A DNA stretch of 64,000 nucleotides, from assembly GCA_965205505.1 (NCBI GenBank), contig CBDBHB010000008.1, forward strand, positions 1,152,001 through 1,216,000, read 5' to 3'. The notes under the pieces are model-generated. The model saw only the letters and a list, made by a program, of their open reading frames with translations, did no database searches and was not told the origin of the DNA. The position numbers and the translations under genes were made by a program. This document shows, one piece after another, positions 40,997 through 50,879 of this stretch (its first letter is position 1; each line of letters opens with the position of its first letter). This stretch comes from Acidobacteriota bacterium. Its GTDB lineage: Bacteria > Acidobacteriota > UBA890 > WLXD01.

Positions 40997-41662
40997 TCAG
41001 GCGGCACGCAGGCTGAATGGTGGATAGCGATCGGTCACCATCAGGAGTGCGTAGGCCCCCACCCGCAGATGCCAGCGGCCGACTCCCACGATGAAGTCGA
41101 AAATCCCCTTCGGGTATCGACCGGTCACCAGAATGGCGAGCCAGGCCAAGATCACGGCAAAGATGGCCACGATGTTGAGAAAGAACAGGACGACGACATG
41201 AGGGATCGCCAGCAGCCACTTGACCAGGGGTAACCACCGATTGAGATCACGTTTCGCGTCGGGGTAGTCGATGTCCAGGTGGACAGCCTGCTCCTCTACG
41301 GTCGACGGGTATCGGTCGGTGAGAAGGAATAGGTAGGCGCCGACTCTGGCCCCGAATCGGACCAACTCGCGAGAGAAGTCGAACCACCAGCGCGGATAAC
41401 GCTGGCGAAAGACAATCATCAGCATCGTTGCCGCTACAAGACCGCTGGCCAGCCGCCCAGCCGTCTCCCTGCTTCTTTCCACGACCTCACCGGCGGCATC
41501 GATGACCACCGTCTCGACGACCGTCTCGCCGGCCCCCGAGATGAGGCCCAGGATGATGGCGACGGGAATGATCCAAACAAGACGGAAGAAGGTGGTCAGC
41601 CGGTCCAGTTTCTCCGGATAGTCGATCTCCAGGCGAGCAGCATAGTCAGTGGAATTGGCCAT
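40997..41662 (-). CDS. DUF4389 membrane protein
   Basis: Duplicated RYP...RVGAY...TDRYP units; LNRWLPLVKWLLAIPH. Confidence 0.88.
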   Translation of the reverse strand: MANSTDYAARLEIDYPEKLDRLTTFFRLVWIIPVAIILGLISGAGETVVETVVIDAAGEVVERSRETAGRLASGLVAATMLMIVFRQRYPRWWFDFSRELVRFGARVGAYLFLLTDRYPSTVEEQAVHLDIDYPDAKRDLNRWLPLVKWLLAIPHVVVLFFLNIVAIFAVILAWLAILVTGRYPKGIFDFIVGVGRWHLRVGAYALLMVTDRYPPFSLRAA

Positions 41663-41729
41663 AAGCACCTCATCCTCTCTATCAGTTATGGATGATGACC
41701 CCGGCGGATGCGGCCCAGGCCATGGAAGA

Positions 41730-42002
41730 TCAGCCTGCCACATGTGGCTCGGGATCTGGGTCGCATCGGTTCCGGCACTGCGTTCGGCGCGGCCAGCTGC
41801 TTTCTTCGCCGCCTGGTTCCTCGCGATCGCCGGGATGATCAACGGCATCGCCCATCCGCTCTTGGGCATCGCCTCGAGTGGGTACTTCCCGGGCTTGGTG
41901 ACCTCGCCCTTCATCGGTGTCGCGAGTGTTTGGCTCTGGCTCCGACTCCGCAGGGCGACCCGACCAAGGAGCGGCGGAGGCGGGTCGATACGGTCCGCAT
42001 GA
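41730..42002 (+). pseudogene. 3' fragment of an HXXEE-domain membrane protein
   Basis: NGIAHPLL...GYFPGLVTSP. Confidence 0.55.
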
Positions 42003-42062
42003 CCGTTGGATTCTCACCCGGTCGAGCAGAGCGATTTCCGGATGAATCTCCATTTCGCTCGA

Positions 42063-42788
42063 CTACGATCCCTTGTTGTAAATCACCGGCATTTGCCCCT
42101 TCCACTTGTTCCATGTGCCGCGTTCGGTGATCAGGTCAGCCATGAAGTGACCAACGTTGATTCGACTGGTCACACCCGCATCAAAGATCGCGCTTCTAGT
42201 CGGCGAAGAATGGACTTCGTACTCCGTGACCTCGTCCTCATCGATCAAATTGTCGGGACGTACCGCAGCCCACTCGATCGCACCGTTGTTTTGGCCAATC
42301 TTGATTCGCAGATAGTCCGCAGCCATCTCATTGTCGACTTGCGGCGGCAGCACTAGCCGAAGAAGTCCGATAACGCACTTCTGGCCAAACGAAACCCTCT
42401 CGTCAAGATCGCGGTTGCTGTTGCCAGCCGTGTTCATGAGCACAAACTTGGTTGGCTGTTCGGACTCATGTGCCTTGATTGCTTTGCACAAGCGGCGAGT
42501 TGCATCGGTGACAAGCCTGCGCGGGTGCCCGTAGATACCCTTCAAGCTCATGTTGTGTCCCAGGCACGAAGCCACCGCGTCACACCCGTTGACGTGCTGC
42601 GCCATCTCGGCGTCGCTAAGGCCCAGGACGCTTGCGCGGATCATGGACAAGCTATCGTGATTCTCGAGGACTTCGGGCAGCTTGTCGGGTGATCGAACAA
42701 TCACCTTGACGTTCTGTCCGCGATTGAGCAATTGCTGCACGAGCCGCCGTCCGGTCGCCCCGCTTGCTCCAACCACGAGGGTCGTCAT
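42063..42788 (-). CDS. NAD(P)H-binding oxidoreductase (atypical SDR, BVR-B-like)
   Basis: VVGASGATG, VRSPDKL, WAAVRPD. Confidence 0.88.
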   Translation of the reverse strand: MTTLVVGASGATGRRLVQQLLNRGQNVKVIVRSPDKLPEVLENHDSLSMIRASVLGLSDAEMAQHVNGCDAVASCLGHNMSLKGIYGHPRRLVTDATRRLCKAIKAHESEQPTKFVLMNTAGNSNRDLDERVSFGQKCVIGLLRLVLPPQVDNEMAADYLRIKIGQNNGAIEWAAVRPDNLIDEDEVTEYEVHSSPTRSAIFDAGVTSRINVGHFMADLITERGTWNKWKGQMPVIYNKGS

Positions 42789-42816
42789 CGCAGCAGCTCT
42801 CTTGCCTCGGTTAGCT

Positions 42817-42899
42817 ATCTAACGTTTGAGTTCAGCCGCAGCCGGTACGTGACTGAGGCAGCGCAGGCATCTCCGAGGCCGCCTACGCGCGTGTTGGGC
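42817..42899 (-). other. Degenerate attC site
   Basis: ATCTAACGTTTGAGTTCAGCCGC...GTTGGGC; one arm eroded. Confidence 0.55.
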
Positions 42900-42980
42900 G
42901 CCCTCCCGGTGCCCACCGTTGGATCTAGTCCGCTCTGACGATAGGCTTCAGGCGCTCACCCACCCGGTCTCAGCAGCGCC

Positions 42981-43060
42981 ATGGACCCCGGCACCCGACT
43001 AGGCCACTACGAGATCCTCGACCGCCTCGGTGCAGGCGGGATGGACGAAGTGTATCGTCG
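42981..43060 (+). pseudogene. 5' fragment of a Ser/Thr protein kinase
   Basis: PGTRLGHYEILDRLGAGGMDEVYR, then unrelated sequence. Confidence 0.8.
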
Positions 43061-43100
43061 GTCACCCTCTCGCTTTCACCCTGAAATTAGGAGTGTTTCC

Positions 43101-43598
43101 ATGAAGAAGACCTTTACAGCAGCCGCTTGCGTTGTACTCCTCCTCGCCGTCATGGTCAGGCCAGCGTGGGCTATACGGATCTACGCGGTCGCCAACCCGG
43201 GAAATCAGATCTTCACGGATGGCCTCGCCCACTTTCTCGATCTCGGCACAGCCCTGAACGGTCAGGACTTCATGGGATTCAATACCAAGAAGAAGTCCGA
43301 GGTTGTCGTAATGTTTAGCGCTGAATGCTCGATCCAAGGGGGCCCCGGGACTTGGCTCGCCATCGACATTGTCATCGACGGTGTATCTGTAGAGCCGACG
43401 GGGAGCGCGAACGCCTTTTGCAGCGGCAATCACACGAATACGACCAGTGATGGCTGGGTCAGCGCCGCCGTGAACGTCGCAACCGTGCTCGATCCTGGAT
43501 TCCATAATGTCTCTGCCGTGGCCGAGGCATTTGGCGGAGGAAGTTTGGACTATTGGATCGGGAATCTATCCATGATAATTCTAGTGAGCAAACGGTGA
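43101..43598 (+). CDS. Secreted hypothetical protein
   Basis: AGGAG RBS, signal peptide MKKTFTAAAC...AWA; lower GC; in frame with the kinase fragment. Confidence 0.75.
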   Translation: MKKTFTAAACVVLLLAVMVRPAWAIRIYAVANPGNQIFTDGLAHFLDLGTALNGQDFMGFNTKKKSEVVVMFSAECSIQGGPGTWLAIDIVIDGVSVEPTGSANAFCSGNHTNTTSDGWVSAAVNVATVLDPGFHNVSAVAEAFGGGSLDYWIGNLSMIILVSKR

Positions 43599-43848
43599 AA
43601 TTCTGAAGCCGAGTTCGTAATGATCTCGCCGTCTCAGCCGGAGGGGCCAACCCCGGAAGATACGCCCGATTTTCACTAAGGCGTAAGTTCGCTAGCGCCC
43701 TCTCGCCACCCAGGAGCCCCTGACACCCCCTCCCCGGGGTACCCGGGCAGGCAGACAACCTGACGCTGGAGGGAAGCGGCGTCCCGTGGACCCTCGCGTG
43801 CCCCAGCGATAGGCTTCAGGCGCTCACCCACCCCTCTGTGGTAGCGCC

Positions 43849-43985
43849 ATGGAGCCTGGCCCCTACGAAATCACCGAGCAGCTCGGTGCAGGCGGCATGG
43901 GAGAGGCGTACCTGGCGCAGGACACACGCCTGGGCCGCAAGGTGGCCATCAAGGTACTGTCGGAGGATTTCGACGCCGACGCTGC
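43849..43985 (+). pseudogene. 5' fragment of a Ser/Thr protein kinase
   Basis: [34 protein letters not shown]. Confidence 0.85.
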
Positions 43986-43994
43986 CGTGGCCTG

Positions 43995-44604
43995 TTACGG
44001 ACGACTGCTTCGGCCCCGACGAGCGCGCTCCTGGCCGATGTTCGACGTGCGGCCCACCGCATTGTCCGTTTGTTTCGTCAGGAACGCTCCGGGTCCGGCC
44101 ACGGTGCCCGCCGAGATCGTGGTTTTGCCCTTGACCTTGCAAACGCAGGTGAAGACATCCGTCTGGTCATAGCTGCTCAGATCAGCGTCGTCAGTTACTC
44201 GTAAATACGTATCTGGGAAGTTCTTGCTGAACTTATCCGTTCCTTTTACGAGCTTTTTGTTGCCGATCTTCCCGGTGCACGTCATCTTCCCATTGCCGCC
44301 AACGCCCTGGTTGTTGGTGTCGAAGTATAAAGAAGTCGCAGTACGCCGTCGCGCCGCTCATCCCGGCCAGAGGGCCGACCGGGACTTCGGACGACCATGT
44401 CCCAGCGATGCCCGTGTCATCTTGGTCGGCCGTGTGGTCCTCGAAATTCCCCACGGAGAGGTTGCTGTCCTGCGGGCTGAAGCCCGCAGGCGCGTCACCC
44501 TCGCGCGCTCCGACCCAGCCAACGCCCGTAAGAGCCACCAAGACCAAGCATACGAGGAAACGCGCGGGACTCGACAAGTTAGTCCTCCTGGCGCCCGGGG
44601 TCAC
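43995..44604 (-). pseudogene. Frameshifted secreted hypothetical protein
   Basis: Signal-peptide ORF (to ...AYCDF) continues in another frame near 44330 (YFDTNNQGVGGNGKMTC...). Confidence 0.5.
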
Positions 44605-44917
44605 CCTCCGTTCCCGAGGTGGGGGAGGGGGCGAACACGGCCGCCTCGTTATGGAGGGTCGGGCACGACCCTCCGCCATTTCATGCGCTCACCGGTCCAG
44701 AGCCGGCGTTCCGCCCGCGCGCCAGGCTATCAGACACCTGGAGCTGCTACCAGAAAGGTTTCGAGCCGCAAACCGTGACGTTGGGTAAGCGCCACTCGTC
44801 TGCGGGAGGCAGACAGTGCAGCTACGAAAGCACTCTTGGGAGATTGCACCGACACCGGCTAGAGGCGTCTCATACATGCATGTTCCGGGTACCAACCAGA
44901 GCCGGACTAGCTGCGAC

Positions 44918-44980
44918 CATGTGACGCTGGTCACCAACTGGTTCGACGAGCTGAAGCGGCTCGTGCCGACGGATCCGTAG
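44918..44980 (+). pseudogene. 3' tail fragment of a Ser/Thr kinase-propeller gene
   Basis: HVTLVTNWFDELKRLVPTDP*. Confidence 0.7.
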
Positions 44981-45179
44981 CGCGATCAGTCGAGTCTCGC
45001 GCTGCTGCCCCGCTACCTCTCCCGCGGCTCCACCCCAGCCACCTCAGCGGCCTCCAGCAGGATCGCCAACTGCTGCTCTGGGATCGCCGTCGGTGTCATT
45101 GCCAGGTTCACCAGCGACATGTCGGCCAGCGTGCGGATGTTGCAGGCCCGCAGGGCTGACAACGTCTCGGGCCAGCTGC

Positions 45180-45348
45180 CGTCATCAGGTCGAAACCCTC
45201 CAGCGGGTACTCAAGCACGTCCGCCTCGTGGAACTCGAACGGGTAGGTTCGGCTGCGCCTTGTGGTCAACGCCGACCACCTCGTAGCCGGCACGGTGCAG
45301 ACCCATGGATGCGCCACCCGCGCCGCAGAACAGATCGAGCGCTCTCAC
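45180..45348 (-). pseudogene. N-terminal fragment of a DNA cytosine-5 methyltransferase (phage-type)
   Basis: MRALDLFCGAGGASMGLHRAGYEVVGVD..QPN / frameshift / YPFEFHEADVLEYPLEGFDL. Confidence 0.8.
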
Positions 45349-45442
45349 GCCCGCACCCTACGTGAAACCCAGGGTGCGTATAGGGTGCAGAATGAGCACC
45401 CGGAACAGGTGCGACACCCCGAAACTATTGGGTCTAAAGGGG

Positions 45443-45895
45443 TTAAAACCCCGCCAATAGTGCAGTGAGTACTCCGCGGTAAGCGAACTCCTCCGTCAGC
45501 GCCGCGGCGATCGTTGCGGCCAACCAGGCGGGGCCGGTCGCCGACACACGTCGCAGTGCCTTTCGCGCCACGTCGCGAGGCCCGAGCGGCCGCCGTGCTT
45601 CAAGATACGCCAGCGACAAGCCGCCCACCACGACGGCAGCGGCGATGAGCACCGTCACTGGCGTGAACAAGGAGCGCCACGGGATCAAGAGCTTCGCACC
45701 GACCATGGCTGGCCACGCGAGGCCAAAGACGAGAGCCTGCACGACGAGCACTTGCACGGCCATTGCTCGTGCCGTTGGCATGGGAGTCGACGCAAAGTCG
45801 GGCGAAGACAACGCGCGAGCACTCGACCAGACCAGCGCCGGCAACACCAAGCCAATCACGACCAGAAACGGCAGCGTCAGGAACACGTACGCCAA
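45443..45895 (-). pseudogene. Truncated CPBP (CAAX) intramembrane protease
   Basis: TEEFAYRG, but ends before the His motifs. Confidence 0.7.
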
Positions 45896-45944
45896 TCTCC
45901 GTGTTGCGCTGGCAGCCTAAATGCTGACTGATTCTCTTCGCACC

Positions 45945-46880
45945 CTATCCGAGCGGGAAACACGCGAGGTCATCAGCGGCGCGCAGGATCCCAGAATAGC
46001 GAGACCTCACTTCAGCGACCCCCGCCTCCAACTCCTCCGGGCTCTCATGCACGAATAAGTGGCTAAGAACTAGCTGTCGAACGGACGCTTCAGACGCCAC
46101 GCGACCCACGGTCGCCGGAGTCGCGTGAAGCTCGAGGCCGAAACCCGATGCGGTAGGCGATACGGCAAGATGCATCACGAGCGCCGTCGCATCTCTGGAG
46201 AATTCGACGAAGCGCGGATCGCTGCCATTCTGGTCGCTGCTGAACACCACACTCACCCCTCCGAACTCCACGCGGTAGGCCAGGGCAGGCACGTTGCCGT
46301 GCGGCACCGGCAGGGCCCGCACGACCAGGCCCGACTCGTCCAGGACCAGGCTAGAAGCCCTCGTCTCGATGTCGATGGTCAACGGTTCGACCAGCACCCC
46401 ACGCCCGGGACCTCCGACGGTGCCGCTAAGAACCGGGAACGCACCGTCGCCCGGATCGAATAACCGATCGAGAAAGGTCGAGAAGGAAGGGTATTCATTG
46501 CGTCCCGAGGGTCCGACCAGGGGCAGTGGTTCCTGCCGATCCGAGTCACTCAGCCAGAGGAGCCCAGCCAGATCCGTGACGTGGTCCGGATGCAGATGGC
46601 TAATGGCCAGGAGACTAAGGTCCGCCAACCGCGCTCCCGACTCACCGAAGCGTACGAATGACCCTCCCCCAGCATCCACCATGACGCGAGCGCGGCCATC
46701 GACCCACACGAGGTAGCTCGCCGACGCGCGTCCCGTTCCTGCACGCGGCCCTCCCGAGCCCAGGACCTGTACCGCCACACCACTGGAAGGACACTGGGCT
46801 TGGCCCTCGAGATCACCCGCGAAGAGGAGGCACAGGCTGCCGAGCAGGAGCGTGACCCTATGACACATGTTCCTCAGCAC
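45945..46880 (-). CDS. MBL-fold metallohydrolase (RNase Z/arylsulfatase-like), exported
   Basis: VLGSGGP, SHLHPDH, VPHG, SSDQ, LSHL. Confidence 0.88.
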   Translation of the reverse strand: MLRNMCHRVTLLLGSLCLLFAGDLEGQAQCPSSGVAVQVLGSGGPRAGTGRASASYLVWVDGRARVMVDAGGGSFVRFGESGARLADLSLLAISHLHPDHVTDLAGLLWLSDSDRQEPLPLVGPSGRNEYPSFSTFLDRLFDPGDGAFPVLSGTVGGPGRGVLVEPLTIDIETRASSLVLDESGLVVRALPVPHGNVPALAYRVEFGGVSVVFSSDQNGSDPRFVEFSRDATALVMHLAVSPTASGFGLELHATPATVGRVASEASVRQLVLSHLFVHESPEELEAGVAEVRSRYSGILRAADDLACFPLG

Positions 46881-46896
46881 TTACTACCGAGCGCGC

Positions 46897-47667
46897 TCAG
46901 ATCCCCGCGTACCACGACCACCCGCTGTGCAGCGGTCCGCGGCTGCCCAGATCGTCGAAGTGGTCGGTGACGACGATCCGCTGGAGGAACTTCATGCTCT
47001 TGTAGCCCATCTGCGTTTCCACCCGCAGGCGCACCGGCGCTCCATGCGGAACGGGCAGGTCGCGACCGTTCATGCCGTACGCCAGGATCGTCTGTGGGTG
47101 CAGGGCATCGAGCATGTCGATGCCGTCGGCGATCGCGTCGTAGGCGTAGAAGTTGACGAAGCGGGCGCTCGGGAGAATGCCCGAGGCCTCTAGGACCTGA
47201 CGGAGCGGCACCCCGGTCCACTCGGCGATGGCGGACCAGCCTTCCTCGCACGTGTGCCTCGTGATCTGGGTGCGGGAAGGGAGCCGTTTCAGATCCGCGA
47301 GCGAGAAGGCGCGCGGCCGGGCCACGCTGCCCTCGATCGTGAGGTGCCAGTCGGCGAACCCTCCATGTCTCAGGCGGTCGTAGAGCGGCCCGCTTTCGAC
47401 GTCGAAGTAGGAACGGGTCGGGTCACCGGGATCCGTGGTGCCGATGGCGGGGGACGAGGAGATCTGTGCGTGGGTGTATTCCCGCGCCAGCGATCGTGCG
47501 GGCAGCAGCAGGCGGTGCGCCTTGTAGGTCAGCACATCGCCCATCCGCAGGAGGTTGCCGTAGGTGGGAGGGAGCTCGTCCGAGCAACCTGTCAGCGCCA
47601 GTCCAGCGACCGAGCTGAGTCCCGTTAGGAGGGCGCGACGGCGGGTGATGACCATGTCGTCTTTCAT
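46897..47667 (-). CDS. Molybdopterin-dependent oxidoreductase (sulfite oxidase family, MsrP-like), Tat signal
   Basis: TRRRALL; TRHTCEEGWS; HGAPVRLRV; GYKSMK. Confidence 0.9.
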   Translation of the reverse strand: MKDDMVITRRRALLTGLSSVAGLALTGCSDELPPTYGNLLRMGDVLTYKAHRLLLPARSLAREYTHAQISSSPAIGTTDPGDPTRSYFDVESGPLYDRLRHGGFADWHLTIEGSVARPRAFSLADLKRLPSRTQITRHTCEEGWSAIAEWTGVPLRQVLEASGILPSARFVNFYAYDAIADGIDMLDALHPQTILAYGMNGRDLPVPHGAPVRLRVETQMGYKSMKFLQRIVVTDHFDDLGSRGPLHSGWSWYAGI

Positions 47668-47668
47668 T

Positions 47669-48493
47669 CTATTCCCCTAGGGTCATGGCGCGTATCTGAC
47701 GACGGAAGCCGGACAGGAAGACCATCAGCACGTGGCCGACCAGAAAGAGGACCAGCGCGGCGAACAGGAAGAAGTGGATCGTACGAGCGGACTGGAACCC
47801 GCCGAACATGCCGGACAGGAACGGGTACGCAGCAGTAACCGCAGGCGACATCCCCAGACCGGTGACCACCATCAGCGGCATGCCCACGAAGACGACGCTG
47901 AGGTAGGCGCATCTCTGCAGCAGGCCGTACTGCGGCCCGCCTGTAGCGAGCCGGAACTGCCGGCGCAAATGGCGCATCAGGTCCTGCCACAGGAGCTGTG
48001 GGGTGAACTCGCCGGAGCGCGGCACAAGATGTTGCCAGAAGTGGCTCGTGACGATGCCGGTGAGCAAGTAGACGGCGCCCGTCGCCACCAGGACCCAGGC
48101 CGCCAGGAAGTGCAGGCTACGCCCCCAGCTGTTCTGGTTGAACATGTTGAAGGTGCGGTCTGCGCTCACCGGCGATTCAGCACCTTCGAAAAAGGGCTGC
48201 ACATCCTCCCAGCCACCATGTTGATAGTTCCGGCTGATCGGCAACTCGAGCAGGGCCGGCGTCAGGCTGTTGCCGACCTCACCCCAGTAAAGCCGCGGGT
48301 GGGCCATCAGGATAACGAATCCGGTGAAGGCGAGCGTCAAGAAGCTCGCAGCGGTTAACCAGTGCGTGATCCTGACCCAAAGCGTGTGCCGGTCATCTCC
48401 CGGCCGGTGCGGTGCGGGCGCCGGCGGCAAGTCATTCGGACCCGTGGTGGAACCTCTCGACATAGCAGGCATAGTACAGGTGTGCGAAGCCAA
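47669..48493 (-). CDS. Cytochrome b/b6-domain membrane partner
   Basis: VRITHW, GRSLHF, YGLLQR, SARTIHF. Confidence 0.88.
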   Translation of the reverse strand: MASHTCTMPAMSRGSTTGPNDLPPAPAPHRPGDDRHTLWVRITHWLTAASFLTLAFTGFVILMAHPRLYWGEVGNSLTPALLELPISRNYQHGGWEDVQPFFEGAESPVSADRTFNMFNQNSWGRSLHFLAAWVLVATGAVYLLTGIVTSHFWQHLVPRSGEFTPQLLWQDLMRHLRRQFRLATGGPQYGLLQRCAYLSVVFVGMPLMVVTGLGMSPAVTAAYPFLSGMFGGFQSARTIHFFLFAALVLFLVGHVLMVFLSGFRRQIRAMTLGE

Positions 48494-48575
48494 AAGTGAT
48501 CAACGATTGAGCTGTTCGTTTCCGTGATCGCGATGAGCGCGGATGCTCGCGCGGAGACAGCGCCATCTGGCGTAG

Positions 48576-48878
48576 CTACCCTGCGCGGGCTCTCACCTCT
48601 TGGTCAAGGCGGCCGCCGAGAGCATCCTCCTCAACGTCGAGGTCGTAGTCGGCCTGCAGCCCCAGCCAGAACTGTGGAGTCGTGCCGAAATAGCGCGATA
48701 GGCGCAACGCCGTGTTCGCCGTGACGGCGCGACGCCCCAGAACGATCTCGTTGATCCGGCGAGCATGGACTCCGATGTCGAGTGCCAACCGATTCTGGCT
48801 AAGTCCCACAGGCTTCAGGAACTCCTCCTGCAACACTTCGCCCGGATGTACCGGGGACAGCTGCTTCGGGTTCGCCAC
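48576..48878 (-). CDS. higA: HigA antitoxin
   Basis: GGAGG RBS; PVHPGEVLQEEFL, TALRLSRYFGTTPQFWLGLQ. Confidence 0.92.
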   Translation of the reverse strand: MANPKQLSPVHPGEVLQEEFLKPVGLSQNRLALDIGVHARRINEIVLGRRAVTANTALRLSRYFGTTPQFWLGLQADYDLDVEEDALGGRLDQEVRARAG

Positions 48879-48886
48879 GGAACCTC

Positions 48887-49168
48887 CTAGTGGTAGTCCA
48901 CGATCTCGACTTCGTGCACATTGCGGTCGCGCCACACGAAGCAAATGCGCCACTGGTCGTTGATTCGGATGCTGTACTGCCCCTTCCGATTCCCGCGCAG
49001 CCGCTCGAGACGGTTAGCCGGCGGGCTCCTCAGGTCACCGAGCTCGCGGGCGTTGTTGAGCATCCGGAGCTTTCGAAGAGCGACCTGCTGGATATCCTGC
49101 GGCAGCCGACGCGAACGCTCACGAGCGAAGATCCGTGCGGCTTCCTTGTCGCGGAAGGAGACGATCAC
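48887..49168 (-). CDS. higB: HigB (RelE-family) toxin
   Basis: MIVSFRDK, PPANRLERL, YSIRINDQWRICF; TATAAT 6 nt upstream of GTG. Confidence 0.92.
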   Translation of the reverse strand: MIVSFRDKEAARIFARERSRRLPQDIQQVALRKLRMLNNARELGDLRSPPANRLERLRGNRKGQYSIRINDQWRICFVWRDRNVHEVEIVDYH

Positions 49169-49522
49169 CGTGTCATTATATATCGCGACGCGCTAAGCGC
49201 GACAGGACCAGCGGGTGGCAGCGAAGGAGGTCGGTCGCATACGTCCTCCAAGCTCAGGGTGATGTCAGGCTTCGGCGCTTGAACGGAACTCAGAGCGCTT
49301 GCTACAAGAGAACACAACTCACGATTCGCCCCATAGCAACGTAAACACACCGACACATGCGAACCAGGCCAAGCTCGTGAGGCTAGCGACGTTCATCAGC
49401 ACTGCCGCCCAGCCTCCGGTGAGGACCGAGACTACGAAGACGCCAGACACCATACAGGTAGCGGCGCTAAGGAATCCAAGCGTAGTAATCCACCAGGGAC
49501 GTGCTCTTACGGGTAGGAACGT

Positions 49523-50371
49523 CTACTGCTTTGCATAGCGTAGAAGGGCCGCGCCAAGCAGTGTGGTCATGGTCGCGACGACCTTGGCCAGATCGAAGCG
49601 CTCCTTGAGAACGAACACTCCGATCAGCAGAGCAAAGATGATGCTGGTCTCTCTTAGTGCAGCGACAAGCGCGATCGGGGCCTGCGTGAAGGCCCAAGTC
49701 ACGAGCGCGTAGGCTGCAAAGGATGCCCCTCCGCCGATCAGAAACATGCCGCGTCCTTGGCGTACGATCTTGCCCAGAATGGCAGGGGTCGTGGCGACCA
49801 GAAACAGAGCCATGACGATTCCGTTGCCGATCGCCAGCCAGCCGTAGAAGCCAAGCGAAGTGCCAGCCACGCGCGCGCCCAGACCGTCGATCAGCGAGTA
49901 GGACGCGATGAAGGAGCCCGTGACCAACGCCAGCGTCGCAGCGCTGCCGTTGCGCTGACCGTCCGCCCGGCGCACATGCGCGAGGCTGATAATGCCAGCG
50001 CCCATGATGACGATGGCCAGGAGCTCTATCGGCGCGAGATCCACCCCAAGAACGGTCACCGAGACGAGTGCCACGATCAGCGGGGCGGAGCCACGGGCGA
50101 TGGGATAAACCTGTGTTAGATTGCCCGTCTCGTAGGATCGCAGCAGAAACAGTTGATAGCCCACATGAAGCGTGACGCCGACAGCAAGATAGGGAAGGCT
50201 TGCCAGGGCAGGCAGCGGCACGAAGGCCAGGGTGGCCATGGCGAAAGGCATATGGCCAAGGACGACAGCCCCCATCCCCATCCGCTTGTCGGCCCCGCCT
50301 TTGACCAGCGCGTTCCACGTCGCATGTAGCAGCGCGGCGCCGATAACGGCGACGAAAACACTTGCGCTCAT
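49523..50371 (-). CDS. EamA/DMT family transporter
   Basis: ALLHATWNALVK, VYPIARG, VAALRETS. Confidence 0.9.
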   Translation of the reverse strand: MSASVFVAVIGAALLHATWNALVKGGADKRMGMGAVVLGHMPFAMATLAFVPLPALASLPYLAVGVTLHVGYQLFLLRSYETGNLTQVYPIARGSAPLIVALVSVTVLGVDLAPIELLAIVIMGAGIISLAHVRRADGQRNGSAATLALVTGSFIASYSLIDGLGARVAGTSLGFYGWLAIGNGIVMALFLVATTPAILGKIVRQGRGMFLIGGGASFAAYALVTWAFTQAPIALVAALRETSIIFALLIGVFVLKERFDLAKVVATMTTLLGAALLRYAKQ

Positions 50372-50879
50372 ATGTAACTGCTCTCTTGATCTGCCGCGCC
50401 TAGATGTGGATGCTAGGGCATCGGATCGACCAGGAACCATCCGTTCGGATCGCTCCCAGCGTCACGTGGGCAGACCTCGTCAGGTGTGCGAAGCGGTATG
50501 TGAGCACATCTAAGCCCTATTGGCCCGCGCTTGCCAGACGCAACACGGCCACTACGCCGACCGGCGCGAGCAGCCCGAGATCACCCTAGCTTCGTGTTCC
50601 ACGCGTGCGTATCCTGCCGCCATGACGCTGCAAGGAAGGGTCGCGCTCGTCGCCGGCGCCACACGTGGAGCGGGCCGCGGCATCGCCCGGGCGCTCGGGG
50701 AGGCCGGTGCGACCGTGTACTGCACGGGCCGCAGCAGCCGCGAGACAACGGTAGATCCCAAGCGACCGGAGACGATCGAAGAGACCGCCGAGCAGGTTAC
50801 CGCCGCCGGCGGGACGGGGATCGCCGTGCGCGTCGATCACACCGAGGAGGGCGCGGTGGCGCAACTGTTCGAGCGGGTG

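Noticed and set aside
42981-43598. Genuine 205-aa kinase fusion protein
   Set aside because: Only the glycine-rich loop is present, and an internal RBS plus signal peptide at 43101 defines a separate gene
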